Origin: Oligoflexales bacterium
GTDB lineage: Bacteria > Bdellovibrionota_B > Oligoflexia > Oligoflexales > Bog-1112
DNA: 26,126 bases
Direction: 5' to 3'
Assembly (NCBI GenBank): GCA_045106415.1
Contig: JBGCEP010000016.1
Location: forward strand, 1-26,126
Both the position numbers and the translations under genes were made by a program. Positions 1 to 7,855 of the stretch are shown piece after piece. The notes below the pieces were generated by a model. It did no database searches. It worked only from the letters and a program-made list of their open reading frames with translations, and was not told where the DNA came from. Position 1 is the stretch's first letter, and each line of letters opens with the position of its first letter.

Positions 1-1620
1 AAATGATGACAATGACGATGAAATAGATTCAAATTTAGATCTCGAAATCGACGAAAACAATAAAGACATCGAAGAAAATGATGACAATGACGATGAAATA
101 GATTCAAATTTAGATCTCGAAATCGACGAAAACAATAAAGACATCGAAGAAAATGATGACAATAACGATGAAATAGATTCAGATTTAGATCTCGAAACCG
201 ATGAAAAAAATAAAGACATCAAAGCAAATGATAACAATGACGATGAAATAGACTCAGATTTAGATCTCGAAACCGATGAAAACAATAAAGACATCGAAGA
301 AAATGACAACAATGATACTGAATTAGATTCAAATTTAGATCTCGAAACCAACGAAAACAATAAAGACATCGAAGCAAATGATGACAATGACGATGAAATA
401 GACTCAGATTTAGATCTCGAAACCAACGAAAACAATAAAGACATCGAAGAAAATGATGACAATGACGATGAAATAGACTCAGATTTAGATCTCGAAACCA
501 ACGAAAACAATAAAGACATCGAAGCAAATGATGACGATGAAATAGACTCAGATTTAGATCTCGAAACCGACGAAAACAATAAAGACATCGAAGAAAATGA
601 TGACAATGATACTGAAATAGATTTAGATTTAGATCTCGAAGCCGACGAAAAAAATAAAGACATCGAAGAAAATGATAACAATGATACTGAAATAGATTTA
701 GATCTCGAAGACATCGAAGCAAATGATGACGATGAAATAGATTTAGATTTAGATCTTGAAACCGACGAAAACAATAAAGACATCGAAGCAAATGATGACG
801 ATGAAATAGACTCAGATTTAGATCTCGAAACCAAAGAAAACAATAAAGACATCGAAGCAAATGATGACAATGATACTGAATTAGATTTAAATTTAGATCT
901 CGAAACCAACGAAAACAATAAAGACATCAAAGCAAATGATGACGATGAAATAGACTCAGATTTAGATCTTGAAACCGACGAAAACAATAAAGACATCGAA
1001 GTAGATGATGGCAATGATACTGAAATAGATTCAAATTTAGATTTAGATCTTGAAGACGACGAAAACAATAAAGACATCGAAGTAAATGATGGCAATGATA
1101 CTGAAATAGATTCAAATTTAGATTTAGATCTCGAAACCGACGAAAAAAATAAAGACATCGAAGTAAATGATGACAATGATACTGAAATAGATTCAAATTT
1201 AGATTTAGATCTCGAAACCGACGAAAACAATAAAGACATCGAAGCAAATGATGACAATGATACTGAAATAGATTCAAATTTAGATTTAGATCTCGAAGCC
1301 GACGAACACAATAAAGACATCGAAGCAAATGATGACAATGATACTGAAATAGATCTAAATATCGAAGCCGATGAAAGCAGTAAAGATCTCGAAGCAAGTG
1401 ATGACAATGAAATAGACCAAGAAACAAATAATGACAATGAAATAGATCTAGATATTGAAGAAAATGATGGTTGTGAAATAGATCTAGATATCGAAACAAA
1501 CCACAACAATGACAATGAAGTAGATCTAGATACCGAAGAAAATGGTGGTAGTGAAATAGATCTAGATATCGAAACAAACCACAACAATGACAATGAAATA
1601 AATCTAAACATCGAAGAAGA
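1..1620 (+). repeat. Intragenic tandem repeat array: about 19 units of 51/69/75/81 bp, then shorter degenerate EIDLDIE units
   Basis: The anchor TAAAGACATC occurs at 61, 136, 211, 286, 361, 436, 511, 580, 655, 775, 844, 919, 988, 1069, 1150, 1231 and 1312. A truncated unit lies near 710 and a variant at 1381. Consensus peptide is about NDDNDDEIDSDLDLETDENNKDIEA. Confidence 0.97.
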
Positions 1621-2695
1621 AAACAAGGGCGATGAAAAAGACCTAGATATCCAATCTAGCGAAAACAATGCAGATCAAAACATCGATACAAATGATAGCA
1701 ATGAAAAAAATCTCGGCATAAATTCAAAACAAAAAAATGATTTAAACATCGATCTTAGCACCGAAGAAGAAACGATTATAGATATTAGTAAAAAAACAGA
1801 TCACAATAACAACTTAGAACTCGAGATTGATAGCAATGAAATTCCCACCGAAGATAATCATCTCAATACAAAAATCAATATTGACCCACACTCCTCTGAA
1901 ATCACCAGTCCTTCTATGCCTCACACCGCATCAAGCAATCAAAGCAACATTGCCTTAGCGCTCCCAGATCTTGAACTTGAAAAAAACGAAGCATCTCTTC
2001 GAACAATTGACTCTATAGACAACGAAGTTATTGACAGCAACACTCATGAGCAAAGTATAGAAAAACAAGCTAAAGAAAATTGGGCAGAGCATGTATCGCC
2101 CCATGAGTCGCAGAATATAGGATCTGACATCAATGATATCAACCCTAATCAAACAGTACAGAACTCTGATTTTGATATCTCACTAGATTCAAATCAACGC
2201 CAAAACAATCAAGAAATAACAGAAGAAACAGCGCAACATGTTTCTTTTGCTGTAGGACACCTTAATCACGCAACAATGCGTATTGACATGACACCTGACA
2301 TCGACAAAGCCGTACAAGCTTGTTACAAAGGATTCTTTAAATCAGGCGTCAAAAGTGGGGCTATTCTAGAAAAAACTAATGGAGATTTCAAAATTCTTAT
2401 TGAATGGAACAAATCTACGCCCAAAATAGGATCTCAATCTACTTTAAAAACAGATGAGTTATCTTTAAGATTAGAGACCATTAATCAAGATAGGTGGGTG
2501 GAAAGCCCTGAGTTCAATCATTTATCAAATATAGAAACAGCAAACAATCTGAGTTCTCATCTTATAAAAACAACACATAATCACACAACTCTAGCTGCCC
2601 TCGCTTTATGGGACACCTCTCTTATTAAAGAAGATCTTGTTTCTAACGCTAGCCTCAAGCTTATAAAAAATCTTACCCACAAAATAAATCAATAA
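2..2695 (+). CDS. Large Asp/Glu/Asn-rich tandem-repeat protein, 5'-truncated by the window (>=897 aa), with a C-terminal globular domain of about 150 aa
   Basis: The frame starting at base 2 reads NDDNDDEIDSNLDLEIDENNKDIEE... I found no stop in it, and it runs in frame into the 1916..2695 ORF. All repeat length variants are multiples of 3. Confidence 0.85.
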   Translation, partial: NDDNDDEIDSNLDLEIDENNKDIEENDDNDDEIDSNLDLEIDENNKDIEENDDNNDEIDSDLDLETDEKNKDIKANDNNDDEIDSDLDLETDENNKDIEENDNNDTELDSNLDLETNENNKDIEANDDNDDEIDSDLDLETNENNKDIEENDDNDDEIDSDLDLETNENNKDIEANDDDEIDSDLDLETDENNKDIEENDDNDTEIDLDLDLEADEKNKDIEENDNNDTEIDLDLEDIEANDDDEIDLDLDLETDENNKDIEANDDDEIDSDLDLETKENNKDIEANDDNDTELDLNLDLETNENNKDIKANDDDEIDSDLDLETDENNKDIEVDDGNDTEIDSNLDLDLEDDENNKDIEVNDGNDTEIDSNLDLDLETDEKNKDIEVNDDNDTEIDSNLDLDLETDENNKDIEANDDNDTEIDSNLDLDLEADEHNKDIEANDDNDTEIDLNIEADESSKDLEASDDNEIDQETNNDNEIDLDIEENDGCEIDLDIETNHNNDNEVDLDTEENGGSEIDLDIETNHNNDNEINLNIEEENKGDEKDLDIQSSENNADQNIDTNDSNEKNLGINSKQKNDLNIDLSTEEETIIDISKKTDHNNNLELEIDSNEIPTEDNHLNTKINIDPHSSEITSPSMPHTASSNQSNIALALPDLELEKNEASLRTIDSIDNEVIDSNTHEQSIEKQAKENWAEHVSPHESQNIGSDINDINPNQTVQNSDFDISLDSNQRQNNQEITEETAQHVSFAVGHLNHATMRIDMTPDIDKAVQACYKGFFKSGVKSGAILEKTNGDFKILIEWNKSTPKIGSQSTLKTDELSLRLETINQDRWVESPEFNHLSNIETANNLSSHLIKTTHNHTTLAALALWDTSLIKEDLVSNASLKLIKNLTHKINQ

Positions 2696-2701
2696 GATAA
2701 A

Positions 2702-3850
2702 TCATTCAAAAGTTTTTACAGTAGGTTGAGGAATCTGCAAAGATGATAAAATCAGCTCAAAAACAAGATCTTTATAATCTCCATCAAATTCTTGTGCATT
2801 AGCGCCAGCTGAGTAGTATAAATCTTCAATTTCAATACTAAAACGTTTTCCTGGATCTAATACCCGATGACGAATATGGTCGACAGCATCAGGGTTCAAC
2901 TGCAGACTGTTCTCTCTGGCTGCTGCTGTATGATAAATTGCATTAAAACCATAATCAACTTGCTCGTTTGTTTTTGACTCTAAAATAAATGGAACACCAT
3001 GATTCGGCACAAACCACAGAGCAGGACTCACGCTGCTCAACGTTGCAGGCGAAGACTGTTGATAAGAAGCCCCATCTCTAAACTCTAAAGAACCACTCTG
3101 AAGATCAACATATTGGCTTTGATTTGATTGGGTCCAATTATTTTCCGCAAACCCATTTGCGATAATAAAAAAACCCAACTGCACATCTTCAGCTAACTCC
3201 CCAAGGTCAAGTGTATCTCCTGTCTGTAAGGGGCCTTGACCATATTGAGAACCAACTTCACTTGCGTTTTGCCAAATAATTTTAACATCATGTATCTTTT
3301 TATCTTTATCAACCTTGTACCATCCAAAAGTATTCAAAAAACCAGCTGTCTCTTGAATAAACTTCACAGATGCTCTCACCTTATTCACCACTTCAATACG
3401 ATCAACTTCATCCGATACATGCCCCCCTGATCCACTGCCATCAGATCCATTGTCACCAGAATCAGCTCCTCCTGAAGGAGGGTTCATAGTATCTACCACA
3501 GGAGCGCTTCCTGCTGACGTTCTGATTTTTGAGTTCACCTTCACTTTCAAAGAAACTTTTGCAGACACCTTATTTGCAGTTCCAGATGAGTTAGAGTTCT
3601 TCACAACAACCCTTCCTGCAACATCGACTTTTAATTTTCCAACATCTTTTTCAAGGTCTCCTGCCTGGGTTCCTGTGTGAACATTCGGTTCAGGTGAATC
3701 AGGATTGGAAGTCTCTGGTGGGTGCGTATCTGGATCAGGTTTTGAATCGTCTGATTTTGGTGGATCTCCAGCATTCTCAAAAACAAGTGGTTGGCATGCA
3801 TATGATAAAGACATCATAAAAAAAACTGGGATCATATAAGAAAATTTCAA
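2702..3850 (-). CDS. Lipoprotein with Pro-rich and Gly/Ser-rich linkers and a C-terminal DUF4114-like beta domain
   Basis: TTG start with GAGGTG RBS and lipobox LSYA-C. Motifs LGFFIIANG and IEDL...DGDYKDLVFEL resemble the DUF4114 pattern (FEDL...DxDYNDLVF). Confidence 0.75.
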   Translation of the reverse strand: MKFSYMIPVFFMMSLSYACQPLVFENAGDPPKSDDSKPDPDTHPPETSNPDSPEPNVHTGTQAGDLEKDVGKLKVDVAGRVVVKNSNSSGTANKVSAKVSLKVKVNSKIRTSAGSAPVVDTMNPPSGGADSGDNGSDGSGSGGHVSDEVDRIEVVNKVRASVKFIQETAGFLNTFGWYKVDKDKKIHDVKIIWQNASEVGSQYGQGPLQTGDTLDLGELAEDVQLGFFIIANGFAENNWTQSNQSQYVDLQSGSLEFRDGASYQQSSPATLSSVSPALWFVPNHGVPFILESKTNEQVDYGFNAIYHTAAARENSLQLNPDAVDHIRHRVLDPGKRFSIEIEDLYYSAGANAQEFDGDYKDLVFELILSSLQIPQPTVKTFE

Positions 3851-3891
3851 CTCTCACCTCGCAATAACAACCACAGACGCTCACGAGGTGC

Positions 3892-3918
3892 TTATCGGCT
3901 ACTCAGTATGAAAACTTT
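3892..3918 (-). promoter_or_regulatory. Sigma-28 (FliA) promoter
   Basis: The minus strand reads TAAAGTTT-catactgagta(11 nt)-GCCGATAA, an exact match to the extended FliA consensus, about 40 bp upstream of the 3850 start codon. Confidence 0.9.
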
Positions 3919-4155
3919 AAAGAAATAAAGGTCATTAAAAAAATCAACAATCATGTGGCATTACACTCTTTTATCGCACAACGCGACATGAGACCAAAAA
4001 GAACTCTTGAGATTCACTCAAAACAGTCATCAAAACCCAATATATACAATTAGTTACACGTAGGTTGAAAACTTTACTTTATTCCTCCAACGTGTTAAGT
4101 TCTCACCGCTAGATGCGGTATAACCATCTAATTATCCTTATATGAGGAGAAATAT

Positions 4156-5034
4156 ATGTGTTTTCAGATTTTCAACTTTGCCTTTCTCATCCTGACTCAC
4201 TTCACTGCCTTCAGTCAGGCTATAGCTGCTCCTCAGCCCGAGCTTCCTTACAAAATAATTCCATACATCAAACACATTCAGCCAGAAATCAAAGAACATA
4301 GCCTCGTAGCCTTCGACATTGACCTTACGTTATTAGTTCCCGCCCAATCTGTAGGTATGCCCCAATGGGTCAAAGCACGCCAAGATCATTTATTACGTAT
4401 TTACTCTGACCCTCAAGAGGCCTACGATCGACTCACTGCTGATTTTTCCGGGGTCTATAATCTATTGGGCTTTTTACCTGCTGAAAAAGAAACAGCAAGT
4501 TTCTTATCTCAGCTTAAACAAAAAAACATTGCCACAACTGCACTTACAGCAAGAAGCCTCTCTTTAATGCATGCAACACGCTTGCACCTTAAGGACAATG
4601 GAGTGACCTTTAATTCTCCGTTCCATTCACCACACACTGGACACCACACTCGAATTCTAGAACCTCACGAAACCCCAGAAAAAAAACTCCACCACCACGT
4701 TGCCATTGACCGCGGTGTTGTTTACTCTTCAGGACAACATAAAGGCATGGTCTTAGAACACGCCATCCAACGTTCAAAGTATGACTTGAAGCACTTAATT
4801 TTCGTCGATGACGAACCACACAATCTTTACAAGGTTTCCGAAACCTGCAAACAGCAAAACTGGGATTGCTCGCTTTTTCTTTACACAGGAACACGCAACC
4901 ATATCGACAACTTTGATCTCCAGGTTGCCAATAAAGAGTGGGAAAAGCTCCGGTCAAAAATTCGACTCCCAGAACAGTCCTTAGACGCACCTACTCAGAG
5001 CTGCTCGGCTCCCCAGCAGGCAAAGACCCTTTAA
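4156..5034 (+). CDS. DUF2608-family HAD-superfamily hydrolase with putative signal peptide
   Basis: HAD motif I FDIDLTL, motif II LTAR, motif III Lys (HKG) and motif IV IFVDD. RBS GAGGAG. Hydrophobic N-terminus ending in AIA. Confidence 0.8.
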   Translation: MCFQIFNFAFLILTHFTAFSQAIAAPQPELPYKIIPYIKHIQPEIKEHSLVAFDIDLTLLVPAQSVGMPQWVKARQDHLLRIYSDPQEAYDRLTADFSGVYNLLGFLPAEKETASFLSQLKQKNIATTALTARSLSLMHATRLHLKDNGVTFNSPFHSPHTGHHTRILEPHETPEKKLHHHVAIDRGVVYSSGQHKGMVLEHAIQRSKYDLKHLIFVDDEPHNLYKVSETCKQQNWDCSLFLYTGTRNHIDNFDLQVANKEWEKLRSKIRLPEQSLDAPTQSCSAPQQAKTL

Positions 5035-5524
5035 TTTCTGAGTCCTCAGTCTCAGGAAAATCAAACAAGCTTTTTTGCCCTAGCACGTCTGTAATCAGCC
5101 ATAAGCCTTCTTCTTTTTCCAACATCAGAGTGTTCTCAGTTTCTATTGTTGGTGCCTTCGCAAAATCGGTCTCCCCATCAGGAAGATCTTGATACGTCAA
5201 AAGAAAAGTAATTTCAGTGACGCGCGGTGTTCGGTCAACTCTATCTAAAATCGAAAAAGATTGCAGTTGGTAACGAGCATCAACATAAGCCTTCTTCATA
5301 GTCTCTTCAGTTGCCCCTGCCAGAGCCGCTTTCAACTTTCCACCCGTAAACTTCATAAGTAAGTGCTTTTCATCCACCGAAGACAGGTTAAAAGCGGTTG
5401 TTAAGTACGCTTCAACCACTTGTTCAGCAGACATTGAGCCGTGGGTATCTTCATACATCCAAGACGTCACCAAATCACACCCAACCACAAACATCGCTCC
5501 TACAACCCACAAAACATGCTTCAC
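4991..5524 (-). CDS. Hypothetical lipoprotein, possibly NTF2-like fold
   Basis: Lipobox FVVG-C. The pattern SAEQVVEAYL...LEKEEGLWLITDV is typical of NTF2-like small secreted domains. Its start overlaps the upstream stop by 4 bp. Confidence 0.65.
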   Translation of the reverse strand: MKHVLWVVGAMFVVGCDLVTSWMYEDTHGSMSAEQVVEAYLTTAFNLSSVDEKHLLMKFTGGKLKAALAGATEETMKKAYVDARYQLQSFSILDRVDRTPRVTEITFLLTYQDLPDGETDFAKAPTIETENTLMLEKEEGLWLITDVLGQKSLFDFPETEDSEIKGSLPAGEPSSSE

Positions 5525-6048
5525 GGTCTCTCCTCTGATTTTGCTTTTTGTATAATTGTCATACTTGGAAGACGGTTTGTCTTTCGACCCCGCTGCCCTG
5601 TACTCTTATGCTTATCGTATTGGTACGTCCTTGATGCACCAGAGCTTGAATGTTCAAACTTCGCACTCTGCTGATCTCCAAGCCGCTTAAGCTCTATGTC
5701 TACACGCGCTAACTTTAGCAATGAACCTTGAAAAGCATAAGTGCGACGCCCATCAATCACAACCTGGGTGTATTGAATACTTTTCTGATGGCTCACAACA
5801 AAAGGCCAAACAGACCGCATTGTCGGAGACAATGCTTTTTTAACAAGAACCTGAACTTCACACCCTCGAAAATCAGCTAAGGCCAACGCAACTGCAAGAT
5901 CAACATCATAAAATTCTGGGGTTTCTATCACAACCTGGTAACGAGCATCACGAATATCGCTTAGCATCTTTCCATGCAACTGTTCCCAACCCATCCCATG
6001 ACTCGAAACGCTCACAAGCCAAAGAAGAGCTGAAAAAACAAACTGCAT
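5521..6048 (-). CDS. Secreted hypothetical protein with a degenerate phospholipase D/Nuc-like domain
   Basis: Signal-like N-terminus. IRDARYQVVI...LAVALALADFRGCEVQVLV and VVIDGRR...GS resemble PLD-like domains, but there is no canonical HxKxxxxD. Confidence 0.5.
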   Translation of the reverse strand: MQFVFSALLWLVSVSSHGMGWEQLHGKMLSDIRDARYQVVIETPEFYDVDLAVALALADFRGCEVQVLVKKALSPTMRSVWPFVVSHQKSIQYTQVVIDGRRTYAFQGSLLKLARVDIELKRLGDQQSAKFEHSSSGASRTYQYDKHKSTGQRGRKTNRLPSMTIIQKAKSEERP

Positions 6049-6057
6049 AGAAAACCC

Positions 6058-7431
6058 TTATTTTTTTTGTACGATAAAGGCAGAGAAACCGTCAAGACCC
6101 TCTTTATGGCCAGCGAGCACCATAAAAAGATTATCGCGCGTCACAAACTTTTTGTAATAGTTCGGTAAAAATCGAACAGGTGTCACAACCTCTATCTTAC
6201 CGTCATAAGCCTTCTGGATCCAACTCAAGTGATCTGAACTTTCCTCAGGCTCAAAAGAGCATACCGAGTATATCAAAGTTTCCCCTGAGGAAAGCTGGTC
6301 TAACGCATGTGTAATCATCTTTTTTTGCAACTCAACCATTTGACGCAAGTGTGCTTTTGTTTTATGCATTTTACCTTCTGGGTGCTTTTGCAAAACTCCC
6401 AACCCAGAACAAGGAGCATCTAGCAAAATCTTATCGCACGCCCCTTCTCGCTTCCATTCTAAAAAATCCTGTTGTTTCCATTGAATTTTCGAATGACCCA
6501 GTCGAGCCGCTTGCTCTTTCGCTCGATGTATTGCATGCGGTTGCGCATCCATACCAATCACATTGGATCGACCCCCAGAAGCTTCAAAAATAGATGTCGT
6601 CTTACCCCCTGGACCACAACACACATCATAAATCGTTTCACTTTCCTGTGGGTCCACGAGCGAAGCCATGACTTGAGAAGACTCTCCTTGAATCGTGACC
6701 AATCCATTCGCAAAAGAAGGACCTGAAGGCAGCGGCAAATAATCAGCCTGCAGACAGCCACTTAAAGGACGACTTTTTGTGCGAACATGCTCCTCTTTCA
6801 AAAGGCTATGGCTCAACTGTTGAAAAGCATCATCGCCAGACACCTTCAGTTGATTCACCCTCAAACATCCTAAAGCTGGAGTATTGATACCCTGCAAAAG
6901 AGCTTTCGTTTTGTCATAGCCAAAACGATCAAACCATCTTTCCACAACCCAGCGCGGGGCAGCATACTGTAAAGAAAGATATGCTATAGGCTCTTTTTCT
7001 TTATCTGGCTTTTGAAAATATTTGGATTTACGCGCAATACTTCGCAGCATACCATTCACAAAACCAACAGCTTGATGTTGGCCATGGCTTCTCACATACT
7101 CAGCACTCTGGCTGACAGCTGCTCGATCAGGCACACGGTCCATATAATAGATTTGATAAGTTCCCATCACCAAAGCAGCACGCACTTCAGGAGTCGTATC
7201 ATCAAGGTTTCTTTTTTCAGAAGTCTTTTGCAGAATCCAGTACAACTTCGAATGCCACCTCAAAGCTCCCCATAGCATTTCTTTAATAAAACGCCTATCA
7301 AGTGAGCGAAGCTCTTTCGAGTTTTTTGCAAGCTCCTCCACAACCTGTGAAGGAGCTATTTTTTCAGAGCTAACACGCACGAGGGCGTCGTAGGCAATTC
7401 GTCTTGCTTCAGTAATTTTTTGTCGTGACAC
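6058..7431 (-). CDS. rsmB: 16S rRNA (cytosine967-C5)-methyltransferase RsmB/Sun
   Basis: N-terminal NusB-like domain (ARRIAYDAL, GFVNGMLR). SAM motif DVCCGPGGKT, plus LLDAPCSGLG and YSVCS carrying both catalytic Cys. Confidence 0.92.
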   Translation of the reverse strand: MSRQKITEARRIAYDALVRVSSEKIAPSQVVEELAKNSKELRSLDRRFIKEMLWGALRWHSKLYWILQKTSEKRNLDDTTPEVRAALVMGTYQIYYMDRVPDRAAVSQSAEYVRSHGQHQAVGFVNGMLRSIARKSKYFQKPDKEKEPIAYLSLQYAAPRWVVERWFDRFGYDKTKALLQGINTPALGCLRVNQLKVSGDDAFQQLSHSLLKEEHVRTKSRPLSGCLQADYLPLPSGPSFANGLVTIQGESSQVMASLVDPQESETIYDVCCGPGGKTTSIFEASGGRSNVIGMDAQPHAIHRAKEQAARLGHSKIQWKQQDFLEWKREGACDKILLDAPCSGLGVLQKHPEGKMHKTKAHLRQMVELQKKMITHALDQLSSGETLIYSVCSFEPEESSDHLSWIQKAYDGKIEVVTPVRFLPNYYKKFVTRDNLFMVLAGHKEGLDGFSAFIVQKK

Positions 7432-7450
7432 TTTATTGTGATTCCACTAT

Positions 7451-7777
7451 CTAAGGTTGATGAGAGTCTATTGGGGAGGTGAGGTGATCTTCCGAATCAT
7501 TCACATGAGCACTTTCCATTGGCTCACACTGCTTCAAACGGCGACGCATACGCCACAATTCCATTGAATTTTTAAATGTCTGCACCGCAAAAAAGCAACA
7601 TGAAAGACCAGCTCCTGATAAAAAACCTGTCAACACAGGTCTCCAAGCCGGCAGATCATAGCTGCGACCCAAAAACCAAAACGTATACTCAGACTGATTA
7701 TCCATGGCAAAGACCACACCGCAAGCAACCAGACCAACAACAAGAGCAAATTTCATTAATTGAATTAAAAACTTCAC
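7451..7777 (-). CDS. lapA: LapA (DUF1049)-family small membrane protein
   Basis: Two TM segments separated by FAMDN...LP, followed by a basic helix (WRMRRRLK). GGGAGG RBS with GTG start. Lies downstream of rpsA, a usual context for lapA. Confidence 0.65.
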   Translation of the reverse strand: MKFLIQLMKFALVVGLVACGVVFAMDNQSEYTFWFLGRSYDLPAWRPVLTGFLSGAGLSCCFFAVQTFKNSMELWRMRRRLKQCEPMESAHVNDSEDHLTSPIDSHQP

Positions 7778-7794
7778 AGCAACCTCCCAAAACC

Positions 7795-7834
7795 ATAATC
7801 GGCACGATCTTACTAACTAGATCGTGCCGATTAT
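7795..7834 (-). terminator. Stem-loop downstream of rpsA (terminator or stabilising hairpin)
   Basis: Perfect 16-bp inverted repeat ATAATCGGCACGATCT / AGATCGTGCCGATTAT with an 8-nt loop, followed by GGTTTT on the minus strand. Confidence 0.7.
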
Positions 7835-7855
7835 ACATGAATCTGACGAAGATGC

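Noticed and set aside
1..1400. Possible CRISPR array
   Set aside because: The units are contiguous tandem repeats without unique spacers, all length changes are in frame, and no cas genes are present.
219..1577. His/Cys/Arg-rich repetitive minus-strand ORFs (219..860 and 927..1577) that look like metal-binding proteins
   Set aside because: They are antisense shadows of the D/E/N repeat frame. They are broken by stops, whereas the + frame stays open throughout.
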